A stretch of 64,000 nucleotides of DNA from a virus: IMG/VR virus record IMGVR_UViG_3300034071_001414, positions 1-64,000 of that record. One strand, given 5' to 3'. A program made the translations under genes and the position numbers. The notes beneath the pieces were generated by a model. The model made no database searches. It was not told where the DNA came from and was given only the letters and a program-made list of their open reading frames with translations. This document shows positions 11,504 through 21,751 of the stretch, one piece after another; the stretch's first letter is position 1; every line of letters starts with the position of its first letter.

Positions 11504-12886
11504 ATGACTACTTATGCTTTTACCCAGGTTAAAACTTGGCAGGAAAAACTTATTGACAAAGTTCTAAAATCTGATAAAAAATCTTTTAGGACTTCTCTTA
11601 AAGTTCGTGGAGAACTTATTGTTCGCAAAGGAAATCGGTGGACAAAAAATACGAACCCAGTTACTATGCAACGCCTTTCAGAAGAAAGGGCCCTGACTGA
11701 TGTATTAAAAGCATACTATTTTAAGAAGAATCCAGATACTGGGAGGTGTCGTGGATATGATACTATTGCTGCAAATCGGGGAAATACTTTAATTGTTACC
11801 ACAAAGGATATTGTAGATATTTTTGGTACTCTAATTCCAGCATATAGTATTCTTCAGTTGGATGGAAACACTAATATTGTCGCACAATGTCAACTCTTGA
11901 ATGGGGATGTGAAAATTCCAAATGATTATACTTTGGATGACTTTGTAGCACCTGAAGATGAAGTTTTGGACTTTGATGTTATCCTTGTATCAACTCAAGC
12001 ACAGTTGAACTTCTACTACGATACGATTGATAACACCACAAGTGCAAAATCTAAAGATGATAATTATTCATCTTGTCTTGTGGGTCATGGTCTTTTGAAC
12101 TATGAAACTGGAGAAACGAATCTTATTGATTGGACCGTAAAGGATATGGATCGCCCCCTCTCCTATTTGAGTGGTGTAACGATTCCCAAAGACATTCCAA
12201 GTATGAATTTTATCGTCACTGACTATCTTTCCACTATAAAAAATGTCAGAGAAGAAACTACTCCTATTATTAACAATGGTGGAAGTAATAAAGCAATTTG
12301 GAAAGCATTCTGCCTTGATATTACACAACTTGAATCGTGCGGAAAGTTTCCAGAAATGCAAGTTGTTTCTTTTCTTGACAACATTGGTAAGCAAATTAAA
12401 ATTGCTTCTGATTGTAATGTAGAAGAATATTGGAATAATAGGTTTTTTAGTGTCAAGAAATCAAAAGGTTTTTCTAAAATTGACACAAAACTTGATTCAT
12501 TCAAGAAGTTTGTTTGTTCTCCAAAGTCAAGTTGGACTCAACTATATTTCACTGCGGAAGATTGGATTCTTTGGGAACTTTTTTCTGTGAATAGGGATGA
12601 TGTAAGAGATGTTCAAGATCACCGTCTTTATGGTCACGGAGGTTCCGATATTCTTGGTGGGAAAGATAGGGCAGATTCTGCACATCAGGCACTTAATTAC
12701 TTGAGAATTATGCTTTTGTTTGGAATTTCTATTAACTTTAGTCGTCGTTTTAGTGCTATTGAAGCATTTGAATGGGCAGCAGAAAATATTGCTATAAAAT
12801 GTGCTGCTATTGACCAAATTGATCGTCTTGACATTCTTTCTGATAAGAAAGTAAAGTTGGCACTAAAGTCTTACATTTACTCTTGA
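11504..12886 (+). CDS. 460-aa orphan protein, possible ParB/DGQHR-like N-terminal domain
   Basis: Start reassigned to ATG 11504 (GGAG upstream, after promoter); NPVTMQR...LQLDGNT motif; stop overlaps dam start. Confidence 0.55.
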   Translation: MTTYAFTQVKTWQEKLIDKVLKSDKKSFRTSLKVRGELIVRKGNRWTKNTNPVTMQRLSEERALTDVLKAYYFKKNPDTGRCRGYDTIAANRGNTLIVTTKDIVDIFGTLIPAYSILQLDGNTNIVAQCQLLNGDVKIPNDYTLDDFVAPEDEVLDFDVILVSTQAQLNFYYDTIDNTTSAKSKDDNYSSCLVGHGLLNYETGETNLIDWTVKDMDRPLSYLSGVTIPKDIPSMNFIVTDYLSTIKNVREETTPIINNGGSNKAIWKAFCLDITQLESCGKFPEMQVVSFLDNIGKQIKIASDCNVEEYWNNRFFSVKKSKGFSKIDTKLDSFKKFVCSPKSSWTQLYFTAEDWILWELFSVNRDDVRDVQDHRLYGHGGSDILGGKDRADSAHQALNYLRIMLLFGISINFSRRFSAIEAFEWAAENIAIKCAAIDQIDRLDILSDKKVKLALKSYIYS

Positions 12887-13704
12887 TGAATCGCACATTT
12901 CTTAAGTGGGCAGGAAACAAAACAAGGGTCCTGCCCCATCTTATTCCACATATCGGTTATCCAAAACGATATTGTGAACCATTTAGTGGCAGTCTATCTG
13001 TTGCACTAAACACATCAGCAGAGCAATACATTCTGAATGATATCAATAAAGATTTGGTTGCAATCTATCTGAACTTGGTGAATCCAAATGATGATAGTTT
13101 TATTAAATATTGTGAAGAACTGTTTATTCCCGAAAACAATACAAAAGAAGCATATCTAGAGTTTAGGGAATACTTCAATAAATGCGCAAATAGCATAGAG
13201 AGAGCAAGACTGTTTATCTACTTAAATCGTCATTGCTTTAATGGGTTATCACGATATAATAGTAAAGGAATGTTTAATGTTCCCTTTGGTAAGTATGATA
13301 AACCATCGTGCCCATCAGAGGAAATGTGGAACTTCCGTATGTTCTTCTTATCAAAGAAACTTGTGAGATTTACATCACTTTCCTTTGAAGATTCATCTCT
13401 TTATGATGAACTTGAAGCAGGTGATACTGTCTATATGGACCCACCCTATGTTCCTGCCTCTGATACTGCAAACTTTACAAGTTATGCAACAGAAGGATTT
13501 ACTCATCAGCAGCAAGTTCAATTAGTAGAATTGGCAGAATCTCTTGCATCCAGAGGTATTAAAGTAATCGTATCAAATCATAATGTTCCAATCACACAGG
13601 AACTTTATAAAAATGCAACGATATATCCGATTCAAGTGACTAGAACTATTGCTGCCAAGGGTGGAAGTAGAAAGAAAGCAAATGAACTTATTGCTGTTTA
13701 CTAA
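12886..13704 (+). CDS. dam: DNA adenine methyltransferase, Dam family
   Basis: FLKWAGNK, EPFSGS (SAM motif I), RYNSKGMFNVPFG, DPPY (motif IV). Confidence 0.95.
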   Translation: MNRTFLKWAGNKTRVLPHLIPHIGYPKRYCEPFSGSLSVALNTSAEQYILNDINKDLVAIYLNLVNPNDDSFIKYCEELFIPENNTKEAYLEFREYFNKCANSIERARLFIYLNRHCFNGLSRYNSKGMFNVPFGKYDKPSCPSEEMWNFRMFFLSKKLVRFTSLSFEDSSLYDELEAGDTVYMDPPYVPASDTANFTSYATEGFTHQQQVQLVELAESLASRGIKVIVSNHNVPITQELYKNATIYPIQVTRTIAAKGGSRKKANELIAVY

Positions 13705-13748
13705 CTTGGATCCTCTAAAGTGTTCCAGTAATGTAAGCAACACTTCAA

Positions 13749-14162
13749 ATGGCAACTCGCTCACGAATCGGTCTTGAACTTGCAGACGGTTCTATTCTCT
13801 CCATCTACTGCCATTATGATGGTTATCCTGAGTTCAATGGTGCAAAACTTGTAGAAAACTTTAACTCCTACGAAAAAGCATCTGAACTGGTTGATCTTGG
13901 AGATATTTCTTGTCTTTGGACTAACGCTGGTTGGAATAATGAAACTCTCCCAGAAACTGGTCCTCTTCCTTACTCTCAGCGTGGTGATAATTGTCCTCCT
14001 CGCCTTGATGCTGACCTGTGTGAGTATCTTCTGCCTGATAATAGCGAAGAGTTTGCATATGTCTTCCGCAATGGTGAGTGGGTGTGCTATAATATGAATC
14101 AGTTTGATGATGCCAAACTGCCCGAAATTGTTGAAATCCCCTCTGCTGCTCTTGCTGTTTGA
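13749..14162 (+). CDS. Conserved-looking phage hypothetical protein
   Basis: MATRSRIG...SIYCHYDGYP; first gene after repeat copy 1. Confidence 0.7.
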   Translation: MATRSRIGLELADGSILSIYCHYDGYPEFNGAKLVENFNSYEKASELVDLGDISCLWTNAGWNNETLPETGPLPYSQRGDNCPPRLDADLCEYLLPDNSEEFAYVFRNGEWVCYNMNQFDDAKLPEIVEIPSAALAV

Positions 14163-14353
14163 TATATGAAAACTTCTACTACTCTTGCTGCTGCCTTTGT
14201 TGTTATTGTCCTTGCTACTGCTGGACTTTTCTTTGAAGCGTGGTTACTTGGACTCATTCTGTCTTGGTTCAATGTATCGTTGACCTTCTGGCAGAACTTT
14301 GCTATCATTGCTCTTGCTAATCTGATTTTTAAAAATACTGGAGTTTCTTCTAA

Positions 14354-14773
14354 ATGAACAAACAAAACGGATTTATTGACCCCAGTGTTGCTGTTGTTGG
14401 TCTTGCTGGTGTAGTTATTATTTTTGGTCTTGCTTTTGGTCTTCCACAGTATGGCGTTTATACCAAATCTCTAAATGGTAAAGCGCAACTTATGGAGGCG
14501 GAGTACACACGTCAAACTGCCGTATTGGAAGCACAAGCAAAGAAAGATTCTGCACAACAACTTGCTGATGCTGAAGTGATTCGTGCTCAAGGTGTAGCAA
14601 AAGCGAACTCCATTATCGGAGATAGTCTAAAAGGTAATCCTGCTTATCTTCAGTACCTATGGATTACTCAAGGAGAAGAAAACACCAGTCGAACTGTTTA
14701 TATGGTTCCCAGTAATGGTGGCGCACCTGTACCTACTTTTGATATTCAACAAGCACCTGTTATCAAGAAATGA
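14354..14773 (+). CDS. Membrane-anchored protein resembling SPFH/band-7 C-terminal region
   Basis: N-terminal TM helix; AEVIRAQGVAKANSIIGDSL...YLQYLWI coiled-coil signature. Confidence 0.6.
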   Translation: MNKQNGFIDPSVAVVGLAGVVIIFGLAFGLPQYGVYTKSLNGKAQLMEAEYTRQTAVLEAQAKKDSAQQLADAEVIRAQGVAKANSIIGDSLKGNPAYLQYLWITQGEENTSRTVYMVPSNGGAPVPTFDIQQAPVIKK

Positions 14774-15420
14774 CCAAAAAGCACATTGTCGCTGGATTGA
14801 TTGGTTTTGCAGTCATTCTTGGTTGGAATGTCTTTCTAATCCAGCGTGATGATAAGATGTATGATGCTTACTATCGTCAACAAGCAGTTCAACAACAAAA
14901 ATGACACTCCCATTTGGTATTGTACTTTACTTGTTAATTACTGCACTTGTGTTAGGATTGATTACATACTATTTCAAAGTGATTAGACCTAATGATGAAA
15001 GACGATTTGACACCTGAAGAGAAAAAGATTATCTTTCATGCTGTCAGGTATTGGCAAATGCACAAAGCAGCATTGAACGGCAAGGAATATCAAACCTGTG
15101 AGAACATTCTAAATCGCTGGTTTGATGATGTCTACACTCAACGAAAGGAGCAACAACGATGATTGAATACAACGAAGAACGCAAAGATCTGCAAATTGAT
15201 CGTAATGCTGATGACTTTTGTATGTGGGTAGAGGAGCAAGCAGCAAAACTGGAAATTACTTGCGACTATTATCTTGCGGAGTTTATGTGACATTCATCTT
15301 TGGATTTGCACTTGGAGTTCTTGCAACACTGGGAGTAGCACTTATTCTTGCTGCCGAATAAAACCCACTTGACGAAGACGACAACAACAACTAAAATAAA
15401 GAGGTAATTTACAACAGACG

Positions 15421-15651
15421 ATGAAGCATTTTTACATTGTTGACTACTGGGTTCCGTTTCCTTCTTCCGAATATGGTGGAGTAATCAATGTTATCGCAGA
15501 AAATGACATTGAATGTCACGATATTCTACGAGACTCAGATGATTATGATGCTAGGTATCACTCAAAGATTATGGAACGAGTAGTTGCTGCTCCTCGCTTC
15601 ACTCTTGTAGATGAAGAAGAGTCCCGTATTGTTGAATCCTTTACCACCTGA
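15421..15651 (+). CDS. Hypothetical protein
   Basis: ORF after TTGACG-17-TAAAAT promoter (15369-15397) and GAGG. Confidence 0.6.
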   Translation: MKHFYIVDYWVPFPSSEYGGVINVIAENDIECHDILRDSDDYDARYHSKIMERVVAAPRFTLVDEEESRIVESFTT

Positions 15652-15820
15652 TTATGACTCATCACGTTGCACACACAAACAAAATGCTTTTTGACTTGAA
15701 AGAACAGTATCAGGCACAAATTCAACGTCTGCAATCTAAAATTGATGATCAAGAGCAAGAGATTGCTAAACTCAAAACTATGATTACTCTTTTGTCTACA
15801 GAACGTGATTATGACTGCTG

Positions 15821-16120
15821 ATGAAACTCTCCATTGATTTGATACCTCAATTCAAGCATAAACCACCTGAAGGTTATTCTTATGAAGTTGAAGAGTTCAA
15901 GCGTAACGTGTTTTCTATTTGGTTGCGTTGTCACCGCCAGTTTGATTACAATAATGGAAAATCTACACGCACCATCTGGGGGTGGTACGACTACAAAAAG
16001 TGTAAGTTCTTTAGTCCTGTAAATAGTACCACAGTTGGCAAAGAAGTGAAGTTCAGTGATACTCGTTGCTGGACTTCTATGCCCATTAACTATCAAGGAT
16101 TGGAGGCATTTTTCGTATGA
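15821..16120 (+). CDS. Hypothetical phage protein
   Basis: Clean 99-aa ORF in operon. Confidence 0.6.
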   Translation: MKLSIDLIPQFKHKPPEGYSYEVEEFKRNVFSIWLRCHRQFDYNNGKSTRTIWGWYDYKKCKFFSPVNSTTVGKEVKFSDTRCWTSMPINYQGLEAFFV

Positions 16121-16521
16121 TTTTCAGCGAAGGAACAGAAGTGATTTACAAAACTATCTCTGGAGTGGTAGCATTTGCCTCTGAGCAATCTATCTCAATT
16201 CTAGTCAGTGAGGGAAATCACAAATCACAAGATGTTCGCGTAGTTGTCTATCAATCTGATTTCAATCAAGTTGTTTTTGCAGATGGGAAATGAAGAAGAA
16301 TAGCAACTGGTGGAGATGGTGGGCAAAGTCAATTGGAGAGAAAGCATCCAAATGCGATAAAGAAAGCGACACGGTTGCGGTCATTCGCACCGTGATTTTT
16401 GCTACTTACTTGATTACAAACTGTTTTATCATTTATGGTGTACTGAGAACTCATCACTTTCCAACACAACCTAAAGTTGTTAGATGTTCGATAAAATAAA
16501 TATCTAAAAAGTATAAGTAAA

Positions 16522-16920
16522 ATGCTGACATTTAGAGAGTTTTATACTATTTGCGAAGGGAAAAAACCAAATGTTCACCCCTATGCAGTTCCTGGTACTT
16601 ATCAAGAAAAAGATGGTGTAAAGACATATACTCTCAAGAGAGATGATGCACCAAAGAGAGAACCAATCAAGTCTGCAAAGAAAATAACCAAAATGCTTGA
16701 TAAGCAGGGTGGAATTGGTGGTAAAGCAATCAAGAAAGCAAAGAAGATTGAAGAACAACATCCAATAATGCAACCTAATGAGTATAACAAGCAAATTGCG
16801 CGTCAATCTGTTCGTTGGAAGGGAATGCAGATCCGTCAGGCACACGGAGAAATGGAGCACGAAGCAGGAGCACAACTAGCAGCAAAGAAAGCAAGAATGA
16901 AAGCAATTATGAGTCGTTGA
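16522..16920 (+). CDS. Basic late protein, probable internal head protein
   Basis: AATAAATA upstream; N-terminus MLTFREFYTICE resembles T4 capsid-targeting sequence. Confidence 0.5.
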   Translation: MLTFREFYTICEGKKPNVHPYAVPGTYQEKDGVKTYTLKRDDAPKREPIKSAKKITKMLDKQGGIGGKAIKKAKKIEEQHPIMQPNEYNKQIARQSVRWKGMQIRQAHGEMEHEAGAQLAAKKARMKAIMSR

Positions 16921-17560
16921 TACTTACTTGGATCCTCTAAAGTGTTCTAGTAATGTAAGCACAAAACAAATTATGGACCGTTTCGACGATATTCAAATTG
17001 AAGAGTTTTCTTCTTTTGATTTTGTTGAGGAAATGAATGAAGGTCTCTTTGATGAAGATGAAGAAGGTGAACAACCTTCAAAGTTTAACCTGAATGAGTA
17101 CATCAACGGCAATTATGATTATTGATTATGACTGCTGATACTTATACTTTTACTGGTGATGCTGTTACCTTCCTTGGTTTGGTTGGTGTTATCTCAGCGT
17201 TTTTTATTGTTGTTACTTCTTTTCGCAGGTTTTTCAACAGTCCTTATAACATTCGTATAACTCCTAAAGTTAATCAAAAAACCACTACTGAAACTACTGA
17301 ATCCTGAACTAATGACTCAAACTGTAAATGTTCTGCCTCATCTTAACGAACTGAAAGATGCTTGGCGTAAGCAAGATTTCAAATTCACTGCATCACAACA
17401 AGAGCAATATGATATTTTGATTGCTGCTCGTCGTGAGCGTGTTCATTACTTCTATGAGAACAATCTAGTGTTCAAAGGTTCTAAAGCAGCAGCAGATAAG
17501 GCACTTGGTCTACTTGAGGATGCTGACTGATAAATAACTCAAAGTAGTTTTTAGATACAG

Positions 17561-18145
17561 ATGAAAACCTTTCAGGAGTTTATTGTCGAAGCATACGATA
17601 AGGAGGTTATGGGTTCTTCTCAAATTAGAAGAACTGGTGAAGGTGGACGTATCGGTGCGGATCGTCGTAAATCAACTCCTGAAAGGCGTAGGGTTAAGGC
17701 AGTTGGTGGTGGTAAAACTGAACCAGTTGCCTATAAAGATAGAAAGGATATTGGTACTCAAAGACAAGCATCCACAAGAGTTCAACAACCAACACAAGAA
17801 CGTGGAAGTGCTGATGTAAAAGCAAAGGCAGCAGAAGCAGCAAAAGAAGAAAGAAAGAAAGCAGCATTAGCAAGAATTGCTGCTAAGAAAGCAGGTGGAT
17901 CTGCACCAGCAGCATCTCAACCTAAAGCAAAGGAAGCATCTGCAACTGCAAGCAAACTTCTATCCAAAAAGAAAGAAGAAAAACCTGTAAGTCCTGATTA
18001 TAAACCAGCAAAAGCATCTGGTTTAAGCAGACAAGAAAGATTGAAAGTAACCAGACAAGGTGAAGCAAAACTGAGAGATTTGGTTCTTAAATCAACAGGC
18101 AAGACATCTGAAAAGCAATTAAAGCATCGCTACACTTCTCGCTGA
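17561..18145 (+). CDS. Lys/Ala-rich late protein, probable internal head protein
   Basis: GATAAATA upstream; N-terminus MKTFQEFIVEA vs T4 capsid-targeting sequence MKTYQEFIAE. Confidence 0.6.
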   Translation: MKTFQEFIVEAYDKEVMGSSQIRRTGEGGRIGADRRKSTPERRRVKAVGGGKTEPVAYKDRKDIGTQRQASTRVQQPTQERGSADVKAKAAEAAKEERKKAALARIAAKKAGGSAPAASQPKAKEASATASKLLSKKKEEKPVSPDYKPAKASGLSRQERLKVTRQGEAKLRDLVLKSTGKTSEKQLKHRYTSR

Positions 18146-18734
18146 TACCTACTTGGATCCTCTAAAGTGTCTCAGTAGTATAAGCACTGAGCACTAAATG
18201 ACCTTCACTGTTACTGACAAACCCCAAATCATTAACGGCATTGAGCACACTGTCACTGCAGTTAATGGTTTGGACCGTGTTGAAATCAATAACAAACTGC
18301 ATGACATTGGCGACCAAATTATGAAACTGCGGATGCAACAAGATGCACTCGTTCAGATGCGTAACCTGATTGACCGACAATGTGAAATCAGTGAAATGGA
18401 TTCCTTGTTTGATGAGATGTTTGGTAGTTGATATAGTGTCGCCAGAGCAGTCTAGATGCCTCTAGAAGTGCTCTATTTTAGTCTTTAGATACCAAACCAC
18501 TTGAACTGATGAAATACATTAAAGTCCCCGAAACTGCACTTGAAAGGCTAATTGAAGGACTTGAAAGTGCAGTGAATGTGTGCTATACTGCTCCTAACAA
18601 TCCTGGTATTGAAGGGTATCCTTATGCGACTGGATATTCTCGCTCTGCGATGCAACAAGTTATCAAAGACCTTCAATCGCTGAAGACTCAGGCAAAGTGA
18701 CTGTAACTTGGATCCTCTAAAGTGTCCTTATAAT

Positions 18735-19982
18735 ATGATGATGAACCAAATGCAAATCCAACTCCGTCCGCATCAGGAACGTGGCGTTGCTGCGATGGCA
18801 AAGTATAACAAAGGTCAGGTGATTGTCCCCACTGGTGGTGGCAAGACTCTGAAGATGATCTATGATGCTCTGCGTGAGTTGCAGTCTGAAACTCCCCAGA
18901 CTATTGTAGTGGTTGCTCCTCGCATTCTGCTGGCAGAGCAACTCTCTGCAGAGTTCCTTGAGTTTATCACCAATGCTGCGGTGCTTCACATTCACAGCGG
19001 TGAAACTCATCACGAATCCTCTACTCATCCTCGTGTAATCCGTAAGTGGGTTGATGCCAATGCTGACAATCACAAACTGATTGTAACCACCTATCACTCT
19101 CTGTCTCGCCTTCAAGCAGCAGAGATTGATGTGGATACGATTTACTTTGACGAGGCACATAACAGCGTTCAGCGTCACTTCTTCCCTGCAACAGAGCACT
19201 TTGCTGCTAATGCACGACGCTGCTACTTCCTGACGGCAACCCCGAAACATTCCCTTGCTATGGGTAAACCTGGGATGAATGATGCGTCTGTTTATGGTCA
19301 GGTAATCTGCAAAGTTCCTGCTCCTGAACTTGTTGAGGGTGGATACATTGTGCCCCCTAAAGTTATCGTCAAGCAACTGGAGATGGTGAAGGGCAAGCAG
19401 ACCAACTTTGACCGCGATGCAGAGAATCTGCTGGAAACGATTGATGAGAACAGCGTTGGTAAGATTCTGATTTGTGCTAAGGCAACCAAGCAAATCGTGT
19501 CTCTGGTGTCTGAAACTGACTTCTGCCACGAACTACAGCAGCGTGGTTACTCTTGGATGTATATCACTGCCAAGACTGGTGCAGTGATTGATGGCAAGAA
19601 AGTGAACCGTGAGGTATTCTTTGACACTCTCTCTGCCTGGGGTAAGGATAACGACAAGAAGTTTGTTGTTCTACACCATAGCATCCTAAGTGAGGGCATC
19701 AATGTGTCTGGACTTGAGGCAGTGTTGTTTATGCGGAATATGGACTTTATTGGCATTTCCCAAACTATCGGACGCTGCATCAGGTTGCATCACGATGATG
19801 CTCGTAATCTTGCTGCTGGCAATATCCAACCAGGCGCTCTGGATTCCTATACCAAATCGTTCGGTCTTGTGTGTATTCCAGTTTACTCAAAAGTAGGAAT
19901 TGCTACTGCTCGCTCGGTGCAGGCAGTTGTTGATACGATTTTTGAAAAGGGAGAACCTGCTGTGTCGGTGGTGAGGCGGTGA
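18735..19982 (+). CDS. Superfamily 2 (DEAH) helicase
   Basis: LRPHQ, PTGGGKT (Walker A), DEAH, TAT, QTIGRCIR; start 18735 or 18750. Confidence 0.9.
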   Translation: MMMNQMQIQLRPHQERGVAAMAKYNKGQVIVPTGGGKTLKMIYDALRELQSETPQTIVVVAPRILLAEQLSAEFLEFITNAAVLHIHSGETHHESSTHPRVIRKWVDANADNHKLIVTTYHSLSRLQAAEIDVDTIYFDEAHNSVQRHFFPATEHFAANARRCYFLTATPKHSLAMGKPGMNDASVYGQVICKVPAPELVEGGYIVPPKVIVKQLEMVKGKQTNFDRDAENLLETIDENSVGKILICAKATKQIVSLVSETDFCHELQQRGYSWMYITAKTGAVIDGKKVNREVFFDTLSAWGKDNDKKFVVLHHSILSEGINVSGLEAVLFMRNMDFIGISQTIGRCIRLHHDDARNLAAGNIQPGALDSYTKSFGLVCIPVYSKVGIATARSVQAVVDTIFEKGEPAVSVVRR

Positions 19983-20016
19983 GTCTCACCCCAGTCTCAC
20001 TGAGACCTCAGTGTTC

Positions 20017-20040
20017 ATCGGGGTCAAAACCCCGATTTTT
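20017..20040 (+). terminator. Rho-independent terminator after helicase
   Basis: ATCGGGGT-caaa-ACCCCGAT-TTTT. Confidence 0.7.
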
Positions 20041-20296
20041 CTTCAATTCTACTGCAGAGGTGTCATAGGTCATCCGCTGCAATCAAATCACCGATTTTTT
20101 AGAAAGTGTAACTATGAAACAAGGATTCACGATGTTCAAAGACACATATGCTGCAATTCCTTACGGGAATCAGTATCTCATCATCTATAATGGTCAGCAA
20201 CTTGATAAACTTTGTAGGACTGAGAGTTCTGCCCGCAAATATATCACAGACCACAGAAAAAATTGTTCTAATGCAAAATTACCTATTGAGTAATTA

Positions 20297-20405
20297 AATA
20301 AATAATAGTGCCTGAAGTTGACTGACATCTCTACAGGTGAGAGGGGAGCAGAGATGCTCCTTTTCTTGTATAAATACTTAAGTCAGTCAACTTAAGAGCA
20401 GAACT
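20297..20405 (+). ncRNA. Putative antisense sRNA cassette 2
   Basis: AATAAATA 20297-20304; AAGTTGACTGAC 20315-20326 complementary to GTCAGTCAACTT 20382-20393; terminator GGAGCA-gaga-TGCTCC-TTTT; TATAAATA 20369-20376. Confidence 0.6.
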
Positions 20406-21080
20406 ATGGTAAATCCATACAGATTTTATACTTATGCTTATTTGCGTGAGGATAGAACTCCTTATTATATTGGGAAGGGAACTAATAAAAGATTATATGT
20501 TAGGGGAAAAACAGATATAAAACCACCAAAAGATAAGTATAGAATAATCTATCTCAAACAAAATCTAACTGAAGAAGAAGCATTTAAACACGAAACTTAT
20601 ATGATTGCGGTATTCGGTAGAAAAGATTTAGGAACTGGTATTCTTCATAACAGAACTAATGGTGGTGATGGATCTTCGGGAGTGGTAGTAAGTGAGGAAA
20701 CTAAATTGAAAATGAGCAAAACAAGAAAAGGAAAATCTTTTAGTGGGGAGCATAAAAGGAAAATAAGTGAGGCAAAGAAACAACAAACAGAAGAAACGAG
20801 AAAGAAGATAAGTCAGGCAAATAGGGGCAAAAAACGTAGTGAAGAACAAAGGAAGTTAATGAGTGAAAGAGTAAAGGGGAGAAAACACTCTGAAGAAACT
20901 AAAAAGAAAATGAGTGAAAAAAGAAAGGGAAGAGTTTTTTCTGAAGAACATAAACAAAAAATAAGAGAAGCACTTTCTGGTATAAAACGTTCAGAAGAAA
21001 CTAAGAAAAAGATTAGTGAAGCATCAAAGGGAAGAACTCCTTGGAATAAAGGTGTATCAATGGGCAAACTTCCTTTGTGA
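20406..21080 (+). CDS. GIY-YIG-type homing endonuclease with NUMOD3 repeats
   Basis: FYTYAYLREDRTPYYIGKG; LHNRTNGGDG; repeated (K/H)SEETKKK(M/I)SE. Confidence 0.85.
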   Translation: MVNPYRFYTYAYLREDRTPYYIGKGTNKRLYVRGKTDIKPPKDKYRIIYLKQNLTEEEAFKHETYMIAVFGRKDLGTGILHNRTNGGDGSSGVVVSEETKLKMSKTRKGKSFSGEHKRKISEAKKQQTEETRKKISQANRGKKRSEEQRKLMSERVKGRKHSEETKKKMSEKRKGRVFSEEHKQKIREALSGIKRSEETKKKISEASKGRTPWNKGVSMGKLPL

Positions 21081-21373
21081 TACTAACTTGGATCGTCCAA
21101 AGTGTCCTTGTAGTATAACCACTCATCTCTGAATGACTTTTTACTGGAAGTTCTTTGATACTCTTGTCTATAATGTTGCTACTATCTGTGCATTTGTTGT
21201 TGCAGTGAGTCAGTTCCTGATTCGCTCTTTCAATGAGAACGATGGAAGCAATAAAGTTCGCAAGTTTATCAACCAAACTCTTCTGTTTGTGAATCGTTCT
21301 ACCTCTACAGTGTATAACTTCGTTAATGAAGATACTCTGCCTGAAGTAAAGAAACCCAAGCGTAGTGCCGCTT

Positions 21374-21424
21374 GATAAACTAGCACAGGAGCACTTGCAA
21401 TTTAGCGTGTGCTCCTTTATTGTA
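21374..21424 (+). promoter_or_regulatory. Early promoter, family B
   Basis: AACTAGCAC box; AGGAGCAC/GTGCTCCT stem with TTGCAA, 17 nt, TATTGT. Confidence 0.55.
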
Positions 21425-21652
21425 CCTTTGTTCTTGAAACTCCAATGATTTTTCTCACTGTTCCTGGTCACGGTTGCGTTTATACTCTCTCGCAAGAAGA
21501 TGGAGATGAGTTGTACTATGCACCCATTATGCAAGATGGTAGTGTAAATCTAGAGGAGTTTGCACCTGTAGATCTTGACGCTGCAGATATGGACGAAATG
21601 GAACTGTTTGACATTCGCAATCGTCTTCAAAAACTGGTTGAGGTTTGATTAT

Positions 21653-21751
21653 AATAAATAATGATGCTTATGTTTGGTCGCACAAGCACATTGGAGGGGC
21701 AGAAATGTCCCTCTTTTGATATAAATAATCAAGACCAAACATAAAGCAGTT
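21653..21751 (+). ncRNA. Putative antisense sRNA cassette 3
   Basis: AATAAATA 21653-21660; stem TGCTT/AAGCA; TTATGTTTGGTC 21668-21679 complementary to GACCAAACATAA 21733-21744; terminator GAGGGGCA-gaaa-TGTCCCTC-TTTT; TATAAATA 21720-21727. Confidence 0.6.

Noticed and set aside
13706-13720. GGATCCTCTA as cloning-vector polylinker (BamHI-XbaI) contamination
   Set aside because: Continues AAGTGT rather than GAGTCGAC, has natural variants (GGATCGTCC, TAGGATCC) and always sits at gene junctions
18717-19529. 270-aa and other minus-strand ORFs throughout the window
   Set aside because: Antisense shadows of well-supported + strand genes, no motifs; only 29075-29614 accepted
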